Source of the DNA: Dehalococcoidales bacterium
Lineage (GTDB): Bacteria; Chloroflexota; Dehalococcoidia; Dehalococcoidales; RBG-16-60-22
DNA: 64,000 bases
Assembly (NCBI GenBank): GCA_034414775.1
Contig: DAOULX010000024.1
Span: 24,559 to 88,558 of the forward strand
Reading direction: 5' to 3'
Shown: one piece after another, positions 9,383 through 17,818 of the stretch
How the letters are laid out: every line of letters begins with the position of its first letter
How positions within the stretch are numbered: position 1 is the stretch's first letter
Translations under genes and position numbers: made by a program
Notes under the pieces: generated by a model
What the model saw: only the letters and a program-made list of their open reading frames with translations
What the model was told of the DNA's origin: nothing
Database searches by the model: none

Positions 9383-10615
9383 TTAACGGAGCAGGCCTCC
9401 GTAAGCCCTTTCTCCGTGCTGGGAAAGGTCCAGGCCGACCATTTCCTCGGACTGGCTGACCCGCAGGCCTAACGTCAACGCCACCAGCTTGCCCAGGACC
9501 AGCGTAATGACGAAGGCGTAAGCGCCTACAGCCGCCAGGCCAAGGGCCTGTCTGACGAGCTGCATCCCGCTCCCTGAGACAAGACCGGCGGCCCCGGCAG
9601 GGTTCACCGCTAAGCTGGCGAAGATGCCGACAAAAACCATCCCCAGGATGCCCCCAACCCCGTGCACGGCGAACACGTCCAGCGAGTCGTCAAAACCGAG
9701 CCGGGTCTTTAAGAACAGCATGGCATAATAGCAGACGCACGCCGCAACGACGCCGACGGGAATAGCGGCCAGCGGAGTAATATAGCCGGCGGCGGGGGTC
9801 ACCGTTGCCAGCCCGGCCACGGCCCCGGTGACCATACCGAGGATAGTGGGGCGCCGTTGCCGCCAGTTTAGCATCATCCAGGTAAAGGCGGCGGCCGCGG
9901 CGGCGGTATTGGTGGTGACGAAGGCGCTGGCCGCCAGGCCACCGGCGGTCAGGGCGCTGCCGGCGTTGAAGCCGAACCACCCGAACCAGAGCAGCCCCGC
10001 CCCGAGCACTACCAGCGGTATGTTGTTGGGCTCCATGGAATCCTGGGGAAAGCCGCGGCGCCTTCCCAGCAGTAATACCAGCGCCAGGGCCGAGACGCCG
10101 GCATTAATGTGAACCACTGCACCGCCAGCGAAGTCGAGGACACCCAGATTGGCCAGCCAGCCGCCGCCCCAGACCCAGTGGGCTATCGGGCTGTACACGA
10201 GGGTCAGCCATAATGCTGAAAAAACCAGCAAGGCACTGAACTTGACTCTTTCCACTATAGCGCCGGTGAAAAGGGCAACGGTAATGATAGCGAACATTGC
10301 CTGGAAAATCATGAAGGCCAGGTGCGGAACCGTGGAGGCATACAGCGGTGAGGGATCCTGGCCGACGTTCGTGAGGCCGATGAAGTTCAGTCCGCCGATG
10401 AAGCCGCCGTAGTCGGTGCCGAAAGCTAGGCTGTAACCGTAAATTACCCAGAGCAGGCCAACCAAACCCAGGCAGACGAAGCTCATCATCAGGGTTGACA
10501 GGAGGTTCTTGCGCCGCACCATACCCCCGTAGAAAAGCGCCACACCCGGCGTCATTAGCATCACCAGCGCCGATGATACGAGAATCCAGGCGGTATCCGC
10601 TGGGCTTATGGCCAT
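9383..10615 (-). CDS. amtB: Ammonium transporter (copy 2)
   Basis: Same Amt motifs as copy 1; tandem paralogue. Confidence 0.97.
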   Translation of the reverse strand: MAISPADTAWILVSSALVMLMTPGVALFYGGMVRRKNLLSTLMMSFVCLGLVGLLWVIYGYSLAFGTDYGGFIGGLNFIGLTNVGQDPSPLYASTVPHLAFMIFQAMFAIITVALFTGAIVERVKFSALLVFSALWLTLVYSPIAHWVWGGGWLANLGVLDFAGGAVVHINAGVSALALVLLLGRRRGFPQDSMEPNNIPLVVLGAGLLWFGWFGFNAGSALTAGGLAASAFVTTNTAAAAAAFTWMMLNWRQRRPTILGMVTGAVAGLATVTPAAGYITPLAAIPVGVVAACVCYYAMLFLKTRLGFDDSLDVFAVHGVGGILGMVFVGIFASLAVNPAGAAGLVSGSGMQLVRQALGLAAVGAYAFVITLVLGKLVALTLGLRVSQSEEMVGLDLSQHGERAYGGLLR

Positions 10616-10662
10616 AAATGACCTCCCGCAATGTGAGTTATGGGTACACTTTAGCGGACTTA

Positions 10663-10709
10663 TGTTACAAACGTGTTACAAAAACGGGGAAATGTTAAGA
10701 ACATGTTTC
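10663..10709 (-). promoter_or_regulatory. GlnR-box-like direct repeats upstream of amt copy 2
   Basis: TGTTACAAACGTGTTAC (10663-10679) is identical to 9348-9364; a second pair GAAAC-N6-TTAAC lies at 10709-10694 on the minus strand. Confidence 0.7.
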
Positions 10710-10748
10710 ATGAAGGCAGGATTGATTTATTGTCAGCCGGGGCGACCG

Positions 10749-11423
10749 CTAGCTGTCTTTAACGAAGCGGTAGCCTATATTGCGGACCGTTTCAATATAG
10801 GTATGGCCAGCATCTTCAATCTTGCTGCGGAGCCGGCGCACATGGACATCCACGGTGCGGTCACCGCCGAAGTAATCATAGCCCCAGATACTGTTGAGCA
10901 GGGTCTGGCGGGTAAAAACGCGTCCCTTGTTGCTGGCCAGCAGCTTGAGAAGCTCGTACTCTTTGAAGGTGAGTTCGACGACGGCCCCGTTGACTACCAC
11001 CTCACAGGTAGCCAGGTCGATGAGGAGGCCCTTGCCTTTTATCTGCTCGGCGCTATCGGCTTCGCCGTTCTTCTTCAGGAGACGCTCTATCCTCAGGTTA
11101 AGCTCCCGAGGGTTGTAGGGAGTAACGACAAAGTCATCCACGTCAAGCCGGCTATCGATTCTGTTTACAATGTCGGACGGTATCAGCGCGATTACCGGCA
11201 GAGTCCGCCCCTTTCGGGCCTTACTGACGAGATCCCATATCTCCTCATCCGGCGCATCTTTGCCCAATTCAAGTATAAAGACATCCGGGCGGGTGTCAGC
11301 GATAGCTTCCCGGACACCATTGCTGTAAGAGGTGAAAGAGCAGGCCACGTTGTAGCGGGCCAGTCCTTCGCGGAGTACGGCCTTTGTTTCGCTGTCCTGA
11401 ACTACTGCCAGTGCGCGTACCAT
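10749..11423 (-). CDS. glnR: OmpR-family regulator with atypical receiver, GlnR-like
   Basis: C-terminus LTFKEYELL..GRVFTR..WGYDYFGGDRTVDVHVRRLR..ETVRNIGYRF closely resembles actinobacterial GlnR; receiver has Glu at the phospho-Asp site (PDVFILEL) and lacks the conserved Lys (VVTPY). Confidence 0.75.
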   Translation of the reverse strand: MVRALAVVQDSETKAVLREGLARYNVACSFTSYSNGVREAIADTRPDVFILELGKDAPDEEIWDLVSKARKGRTLPVIALIPSDIVNRIDSRLDVDDFVVTPYNPRELNLRIERLLKKNGEADSAEQIKGKGLLIDLATCEVVVNGAVVELTFKEYELLKLLASNKGRVFTRQTLLNSIWGYDYFGGDRTVDVHVRRLRSKIEDAGHTYIETVRNIGYRFVKDS

Positions 11424-11442
11424 ATGCTCTACTGCATGGCTT

Positions 11443-12222
11443 TCAATAGGCGTAAAGTCGGCCGTAGGGGCGTAGGAAGCGGGGGTATAGTTTCAGGAAC
11501 TCCTGGTCCAGTATCTCATGAGCGTTATAGTTGAAAAGGGTAGCAAACTCACCGACCAGGTCCCTCAGGACGGTAAAGTCCTTTTCGTCCAGCTCTGCGA
11601 CGCCTACCTCTTTTCCCAGCTGGTAATCCGCAAAGCTGCCCCTCAGGTAGATAATGCCGCCGTGCATGCCCGTCCCGATGAACCGGGCACGGTGCTTTGG
11701 GTCTTTCCCAAGGGTGAGTCCCAGGAGCACCAGGATACCCCCGGCCATGTACTCCCCGACGAAGTCCTGGGCGGTCCCGCCGACGACGACCACCGGCTTC
11801 TTGCTACGGTACTCTTTCATGTGGATGCCGGCCCGGTAGCCGACGTCCTCGCGGATGAGGATGCGGCCGCCGCGCGCCGACAGGCCGACCGTGTCCCCGG
11901 CGTGGCCGTGGACAACAATCTCTCCCTCGTTCATGGTGTTACCGCAACCGTCCTGGGCATTACCGTGGACGATAATCCTCGGACCGTTCATGAAGGCGCC
12001 GAGGTCATTGCCGGGCGTACCGAAAATATCAATCTCTACCGGTCTATCCAGGTCCGTGCCGATGTAGCGCTGGCCGTGGACGTTGCGTATCTCGATGCGG
12101 GGTGCCCCATCGGCGACGATCTCCCGGAGGCAGGTATTAAGGTCGCGATAATATACACCCGAGGCATCAATATTGACTGTCGCGCCCTGGTCTGTCCCGG
12201 TTTTTGTGGTGTTGGTGGCCAT
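11443..12222 (-). CDS. Glutamate synthase subunit, C-terminal GXGXG beta-helix domain (GltB domain 3)
   Basis: GQRYIG, GTPGNDLGAFM, GNAQDGCGNTM, GEYMAGG repeats; start at ATG 12222. Confidence 0.9.
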   Translation of the reverse strand: MATNTTKTGTDQGATVNIDASGVYYRDLNTCLREIVADGAPRIEIRNVHGQRYIGTDLDRPVEIDIFGTPGNDLGAFMNGPRIIVHGNAQDGCGNTMNEGEIVVHGHAGDTVGLSARGGRILIREDVGYRAGIHMKEYRSKKPVVVVGGTAQDFVGEYMAGGILVLLGLTLGKDPKHRARFIGTGMHGGIIYLRGSFADYQLGKEVGVAELDEKDFTVLRDLVGEFATLFNYNAHEILDQEFLKLYPRFLRPYGRLYAY

Positions 12223-12224
12223 CT

Positions 12225-13730
12225 TTATCTCCCTGCCATGCGTACACCGAGAGTATCCAGCTCGGTATCGGAAAGTCCGACGCCCCTGAGGTGCAGCCGG
12301 TTGCCGCGCAGGCTCTCCAGGGCGTTGACCCCCAGCCCGCCCAGGATATCTTTCAGCTCTATGCTCCAGCCGCGGAGCAGGTTGGCTGCCCGGCGTGACC
12401 CGATATCCGGGTTGATGCGCTTGGTGAGGCGCAGGTCCGAGGTGCAGATGCCCCAGGCGCACTTGCCGGTGTGGCACTGCTGGCAGACGTGGCAGCCGAG
12501 TGAAATAAGAGCAGCCGTGCCTATATACACGGCGTCGGCGCCGAGGGCCATCGCCTTGGCCACGTCGCCGGCGCTGCGGATCCCGCCGGAAACGACGACG
12601 GACGCCTGATTGCGGATACCTTCCTCTCTGAGGCGGGTATCAACTGAGGCCAGCGCCATCTCAATGGGAATGCCGACATTATCGCGGATGACCTTGGGTG
12701 CGGCGCCGGTGGCCCCGCGCAGGCCGTCCAGCACGACCATATCGGCCCCGCCCCGCACGATGCCACTGGCGATGGCGGCGGCGTTATGCACGGCGGCAAT
12801 CTTGACCGATATCGGCTTGGTGTAGTTGGTCGCCTCCTTGAGGGCATAGATGAGCTGGGCCAGGTCTTCGATGGAGTAGATATCATGTTGCGGCGCCGGG
12901 GAAAGGGCGTCCGTCCCTTCGGGGATCATGCGCGTGAGGGATACCTCGGCGCTGACCTTCTCGCCAGGGAGGTGCCCACCGATGCCCGGCTTGGCCCCCT
13001 GGCCGATTTTTATCTCGACAATGCGGCCGGCGTCCAGGTACTCGGCGTGGACGCCGAAACGCCCCGAGGCCACCTGGACGATAGTGTTGTTACCGTACTT
13101 ATAAAGGCTGGGGTGCAGCCCGCCCTCACCGGTGTTCCACAGGGTGCCCATCTCCGTGGCCGCCCGCGCCAGGGACTCCTGGACGTTGCGGCTTACCGCC
13201 CCGTAGGACATGGCGGCGAACATTATAGGCACGTTCAGCTTGACCAGCGGGGTCATTTTGGTCTTCAGCTTGCCGGTGGCGGGGTCGATTTCTATCTTGT
13301 CCGGCCGGCGACCCAGGTAAGTGGTCAGCTCCATCGGCTCCCGGAGGGGGTCGATGGATGGATTGGTCACCTGGCTGGCGTTAAGGAGAAGGTGGTCCCA
13401 GTAGATGCGCTGCGTTTTATCATCGCCCATGCTGGTCAGCAGCACGCCGCCGGTCTCCGCCTGCTTGGTGATGTCCTCGATGACGTCCGGGCGCCAGTTG
13501 AAGTTGCCCCTGACGTCCGGCGGATTGTAGGAAACCGTCAGGGCGTGCGTCGGGCAGAAGACGACGCACCGCTGGCAACCGACACAGTTTTCTTCGTGGC
13601 TTTTAATGACGTCTTCTTCGGCGTCGTATTCCTGGGCCCCGAAGCTGCACTGGTTGACACAGACCTGGCACCGGATGCAGCGATCTTCGTCCCTGTTTAT
13701 CTTAAATTTTGGTGCGATATACGTTTTCAT
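12225..13730 (-). CDS. Glutamate synthase FMN-binding subunit with N-terminal ferredoxin domain (archaeal-type GltB domain 2)
   Basis: CIRCQVC/CVGCQRC, AMSYGA, NTGEGG, QVASGRFG, EIKIGQGAKPG.GG.LPG.KV, CHVCQQCHTGKC. Confidence 0.95.
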   Translation of the reverse strand: MKTYIAPKFKINRDEDRCIRCQVCVNQCSFGAQEYDAEEDVIKSHEENCVGCQRCVVFCPTHALTVSYNPPDVRGNFNWRPDVIEDITKQAETGGVLLTSMGDDKTQRIYWDHLLLNASQVTNPSIDPLREPMELTTYLGRRPDKIEIDPATGKLKTKMTPLVKLNVPIMFAAMSYGAVSRNVQESLARAATEMGTLWNTGEGGLHPSLYKYGNNTIVQVASGRFGVHAEYLDAGRIVEIKIGQGAKPGIGGHLPGEKVSAEVSLTRMIPEGTDALSPAPQHDIYSIEDLAQLIYALKEATNYTKPISVKIAAVHNAAAIASGIVRGGADMVVLDGLRGATGAAPKVIRDNVGIPIEMALASVDTRLREEGIRNQASVVVSGGIRSAGDVAKAMALGADAVYIGTAALISLGCHVCQQCHTGKCAWGICTSDLRLTKRINPDIGSRRAANLLRGWSIELKDILGGLGVNALESLRGNRLHLRGVGLSDTELDTLGVRMAGR

Positions 13731-13758
13731 GGTTCCCTCAGTTTTCCCGGCACGGCAG

Positions 13759-14889
13759 CTATCCCGCCGCGGCTTTCTCTCCGGCGGGTACCTTGGTTTT
13801 TAGCCGGCCTATGACCGGCTCGCCGCCGGTAGGTATCCAGGCCTTGTCAAGATCGGGGGATATGAGACGAATGGCGGCCTCCTCCGAGGACAGGTATAGC
13901 ATGTCCCCCTTCTCCCCGACGGTCAGCGGGCGCAGGCGGATGCGGTCCGTCAGGCCGATCATCTCCCCGGTGTGGGCGATGACAACGGCGAACGGCCCGT
14001 TGAGGAGCAGGCTGCCGTAGACCTGACGCAGCGCCATGGCAAGCTGCTTCTCGTCCTCCGGCATGCGCTCGATATCGTCCCAGAAAGGAGCGGCCAGCAC
14101 TTTGGCGGCGATCTCCAGTGGAAGTTCATGCCGGCGCATCAGCAGGTCGATGGCGTAAGCGATGACCTCGGTATCCGTCTGCATGGTGCACAGGTAGCCG
14201 AACTGCTCCAGGTAGCGCCGGTTGATGCCGTAGGACGATATCTCGCCGTTGTGAACGACCGTCCAGTCGAGGATGGAGAACGGGTGCGCCCCGCCCCACC
14301 AGGCCACGGTGTTGGTCGGGAAGCGGCCGTGGGCCGTCCACAGGTAGCCCTGGTACTGCTCCAGGCGGAAGTATTCGGCAAGCTCCTCGGGATAGCCGAC
14401 GCCTTTAAAAACGGCCATGTCCTTACCGCTGGAAAAGACGAAGCTGTCGTCCGGGCTGGTATTGATTTCCATAACCCTGGCCATCACGTAGTCGTCCGCG
14501 GTCTGGGTTTCCGGCAGGCCTTCCGGTACGTCGACGAAGTAGCGCCATACCAGCGGCGGATTCTTGATGACTGCCGTAGGCCGCGTGGGTACCTCTTCCT
14601 GCCAGACGACGCTGAAGGACCGGCGCAGGAATTCTTCGGTGTCCCGCTTGTCGTCATCGTCCAGGAACATAAGGTGTATGGCATAATGTTCGGCGTGCTC
14701 CGGGTAGAGGCCGTAGACGGCGAAACCCCCGCCGAGGCCGTTGCCGCGGTCGTGCATATTGGCGATGGCCTTGATGACACTCTCGCCGGAGAACCTCCGG
14801 CCGGAGGTGTCCATGGCCCCGAAAATGGAGCACGCGTCGATTACCTTATCGTCGTTCCAGGTATTATTTATCTTTTCGAGGTTTTTCAT
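13759..14889 (-). CDS. Glutamate synthase glutamine amidotransferase subunit (class II GATase, GltB domain 1)
   Basis: DACSIFG (catalytic Cys after a 19-aa leader), HDRGNGLGGG, HGRFPTN, VHNGEI, DRIRLRP. Confidence 0.92.
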   Translation of the reverse strand: MKNLEKINNTWNDDKVIDACSIFGAMDTSGRRFSGESVIKAIANMHDRGNGLGGGFAVYGLYPEHAEHYAIHLMFLDDDDKRDTEEFLRRSFSVVWQEEVPTRPTAVIKNPPLVWRYFVDVPEGLPETQTADDYVMARVMEINTSPDDSFVFSSGKDMAVFKGVGYPEELAEYFRLEQYQGYLWTAHGRFPTNTVAWWGGAHPFSILDWTVVHNGEISSYGINRRYLEQFGYLCTMQTDTEVIAYAIDLLMRRHELPLEIAAKVLAAPFWDDIERMPEDEKQLAMALRQVYGSLLLNGPFAVVIAHTGEMIGLTDRIRLRPLTVGEKGDMLYLSSEEAAIRLISPDLDKAWIPTGGEPVIGRLKTKVPAGEKAAAG

Positions 14890-14910
14890 TTTTCTTCCAT
14901 CGCGTAATTA

Positions 14911-15002
14911 TCATCCTGAGCGAAGCGAAGGATCTCGGGGTGGTGGGGCTTATTACCGCCCCTCTCCGAGATTCTTCAGTCGCTGTGCTCCTTCAGAATG
15001 AC
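14911..15002. repeat. REP-like palindromic repeat, family A
   Basis: tcatcctgagcgaagcgaaggatct...gagattcttcagtcgctgtgctccttcagaatgac. Confidence 0.85.
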
Positions 15003-15012
15003 ATTATTGTAA

Positions 15013-16362
15013 TTAGTCTGCCCCCAACTCCTCCTCCGGTTCTTCCGGGGCGCCGACGGCCACAGGGACGATATTGCCATCATGACCGGCCAGCCGGTGC
15101 CGCCAGGTTGATTCCGGTACGGAGGCCAGGCCGAAATCGGCGGCGACCAGGGACTCCTTGAATCCGCTGACGTCCACGCCATCCTTCATCAGATTATAGA
15201 TGATGCCTGATTTCTCAATGTCCCCGGCGAAGACCAGTCCCGCCAGCTTCCCGTCCCTGACGAGTACCTTGCGGTAGTTACCATCGGACCTGTTGACCAG
15301 GGTCTCGTAGGAGCTATCCGGAGGTACGGTCAGGCCGGCCGAGACAATGTGCACCCCGAAGTATTTCATGGCGTTCATGGCCGTTCCGCCGGCGTACTCT
15401 TCTTTCCCGCCGGCCATATTCAGTCCGGCGGTCCTTCCCCCTTCGCAGGCGTTGGGCCAGATGGGAGTGAGCCGGTTCTCCCCGATCACGAAGTCGTAGG
15501 CCTCGGAAACGTCACCACAGGCGTAGACATCTCGCACGGAGGTCTCCATGCTCCGGTTGACCAGGATTCCCCGGTTGACCTTGAGGCCGCTCCCTTCGAT
15601 AGCGTCAAGCCGCGACCTCACGCCGATGGCCACGATGACCATCTCGGCGGGTAAGATGCGCCCGTCATCGAGAGTGACGCCGCTGACCTCGCCGGGCAGA
15701 TAGCTGTTAATCTTCGAGGACGTATGGTCGGTGATGATTTTGATTCCAGCCTCTATTAGCGCTTCGGCTTCCAGGTTTGAGGTCTCTTCGTCGAGGATAG
15801 TGTTCAGGATGCGGTCTTTCATCTCGACGATAGTGACCTCGACGCCGCGTCTGACCAGGGCCTCGGTGACACTGACGCCGATGAGGCCGCCGCCGATGAC
15901 CACCGCCCGCACCCCCCGGTGGAGTCCTTTGAGAAACTCATTGATAGCCTTGGCGTCGTCGAGCTTGTTGAAAGTAAAGACTCCCTTTTGAGTGACTCCT
16001 TCCAGCTCGGGGACAATGGGTGTGCCGCCGGTGGCCAGCAGGAGCTTTTCATAGGCCGGCACACTGCCTCCGGCCAGCTTGACGGTATGCCCGGCGGTAT
16101 CAATTTGGGTAACCGGCTCCCCGAGGGCGGTTTGAATCCCGTTCGTTTCGTAGAAATCAAGCTGGCGGTAGACCATCTTCTCGATCGGTCCGGGATTGGC
16201 CAGATATTCGGAGATAAGCGGCCGTGAATAAGCCGGATAAGGCTCATCCGAGACGATGGTAATCGAGCCTTCCCGGTCGATTTCACGGATGGCCTCGGCC
16301 GCGCCGATACCGCCCGCCGAGTTTCCGATGATGAGATATTTAATTTTCTTAGTAGCCGCCAT
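15013..16362 (-). CDS. NAD(P)/FAD-dependent oxidoreductase (NADH oxidase/NirB-N-like)
   Basis: IIGNSAGG, YSRPLI, LLLATG, VIGGGLIG, VYACGD; start at ATG 16362. Confidence 0.9.
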   Translation of the reverse strand: MAATKKIKYLIIGNSAGGIGAAEAIREIDREGSITIVSDEPYPAYSRPLISEYLANPGPIEKMVYRQLDFYETNGIQTALGEPVTQIDTAGHTVKLAGGSVPAYEKLLLATGGTPIVPELEGVTQKGVFTFNKLDDAKAINEFLKGLHRGVRAVVIGGGLIGVSVTEALVRRGVEVTIVEMKDRILNTILDEETSNLEAEALIEAGIKIITDHTSSKINSYLPGEVSGVTLDDGRILPAEMVIVAIGVRSRLDAIEGSGLKVNRGILVNRSMETSVRDVYACGDVSEAYDFVIGENRLTPIWPNACEGGRTAGLNMAGGKEEYAGGTAMNAMKYFGVHIVSAGLTVPPDSSYETLVNRSDGNYRKVLVRDGKLAGLVFAGDIEKSGIIYNLMKDGVDVSGFKESLVAADFGLASVPESTWRHRLAGHDGNIVPVAVGAPEEPEEELGAD

Positions 16363-16456
16363 GATATTACCGCCTGGTGTGGTTCGCGTTTCTGACAAGA
16401 GCAAGTACAATTAACGATTCGTTCCCGGTTTGGCCGGACCGGGTGTTTTATATTAT

Positions 16457-16825
16457 TTAGTTATCCACCGTCACTTCGACGATGTTCTCCCGGGCGATGG
16501 CCGTTTCCCCACCGTTTTTCCTGACGAACACGTGCATCAGCCCCAGTATCTCGTACTGGCCGTTCTTCAGGATGGTGGTATCCCACCTGACCGGAAAGTT
16601 CTGGGATTTATCTTCCGACTCCCCAATCAAAATCCAGGTATCCTCGCCCTTGGCCCGGAAGTACCACGGATTAACAATCCTGACTATCGGACCATCCAGT
16701 TTTAATTCCGCCAGTTCCTGGCGTAGCAGGCCTTCATCCAGTTCCTCACGGAGTTGGATGGCCCCGGAGTAGGTCTTGGTGACGTTGGAAGGTACCAGGT
16801 AATGTGGCCCCCAGTTATGTGACAT
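16457..16825 (-). CDS. Hypothetical protein (122 aa) inside the glutamate synthase operon
   Basis: GGAGG RBS, co-oriented with neighbours, no recognised motif. Confidence 0.75.
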   Translation of the reverse strand: MSHNWGPHYLVPSNVTKTYSGAIQLREELDEGLLRQELAELKLDGPIVRIVNPWYFRAKGEDTWILIGESEDKSQNFPVRWDTTILKNGQYEILGLMHVFVRKNGGETAIARENIVEVTVDN

Positions 16826-16861
16826 TTTTTAACCTCCTTGATGGATAATTCAAGGAATGAT

Positions 16862-17347
16862 TTACCGGGTCGGGACGGCGGTGCGATCTTCAGGATTCTT
16901 GCTTTCATCCGGTACTTCGGCGTAGATTAGTGCCTCGTTGGGGCAGTTGGCGACGCATACCGGTATCTCCTCATCCTGGCAAAGGTCACATTTGACCATC
17001 TTCTTCTGGGCCGGGTCGAGCTTCGGGACGCCCAGCGGGCAGGCGAGGGAACAGGTGCCACATCCGATGCAGCGGTCTTCGTCTACATTTACCAGGGAAG
17101 TGACGGGATCACGGGAGAGGGCGCCGGTCAGGCAGGCCCGGATGCACGCGGCATCGGCACAGTGCTGGCAACGCACCGAAAGGGAAACGACACCGTTTTC
17201 ATCGACCCTCAGCCTGGAGATGGGGCGGGGGGTCTCTTTTTTATGGGCCTTGACCAGGTCTTTGGACCGGGAGTGTTTCAGCCGGCAATAGACCTCGCAG
17301 AGGCGGCAGCCGATACATACCTGGTCGTTAACGATAACCTGTTTCAT
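16862..17347 (-). CDS. 4x[4Fe-4S] ferredoxin-like protein (CooF/HydN-like)
   Basis: CIGCRLC, CQHCADAAC..C, CIGCGTC..CP, CDLC..C..CP; start at ATG 17347. Confidence 0.92.
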   Translation of the reverse strand: MKQVIVNDQVCIGCRLCEVYCRLKHSRSKDLVKAHKKETPRPISRLRVDENGVVSLSVRCQHCADAACIRACLTGALSRDPVTSLVNVDEDRCIGCGTCSLACPLGVPKLDPAQKKMVKCDLCQDEEIPVCVANCPNEALIYAEVPDESKNPEDRTAVPTR

Positions 17348-17372
17348 AGTATAGCCATTTCTCAGTATTAAT

Positions 17373-17396
17373 AATGCGGCAAACGTTTGCCGCATT
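17373..17396. promoter_or_regulatory. Perfect 24-bp palindrome, candidate repressor operator
   Basis: AATGCGGCAAAC|GTTTGCCGCATT, overlapping the predicted transcription start of the glutamate synthase operon. Confidence 0.7.
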
Positions 17397-17400
17397 TATC

Positions 17401-17429
17401 ATAATAACATGACAGAAGGATTTTGTCAA
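17401..17429 (-). promoter_or_regulatory. sigma70 promoter of the glutamate synthase operon
   Basis: TTGACA (17429-17424), 17 nt, then TG-T-TATTAT extended -10 (17409-17401). Confidence 0.75.
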
Positions 17430-17818
17430 TAACGCGGATTTTGAGGGTTTTTTCACATGGTGCCGCCTATCTCTTTTCAACCGCATTATAGGCAGGAGGA
17501 CATTATTAATGCAAATGGTCCCCATAAGGGATTTTATTACATTTTTCAGGTAAAATCGTCTACCTCCATGGATTAGGGGATTCCTCAATCAACTCTGCGG
17601 GTAAATAATGCGGAGGGATTTATATCTTGATTTACAGGTAGGCGAAGTTTCCAATATTAACGAAATATTTAGACGCTTCAAGGTTACATTTATGATTTGT
17701 TTACCGGTGTGGAGATAAGATTCACTTTGGATACGACCATCAGCCGGTGGGTTTAAACGGCTGAAATGATCCTGAAGAGAGCAGGAAACCGGAAAATATA
17801 TACACGGGGCTTGATGCT

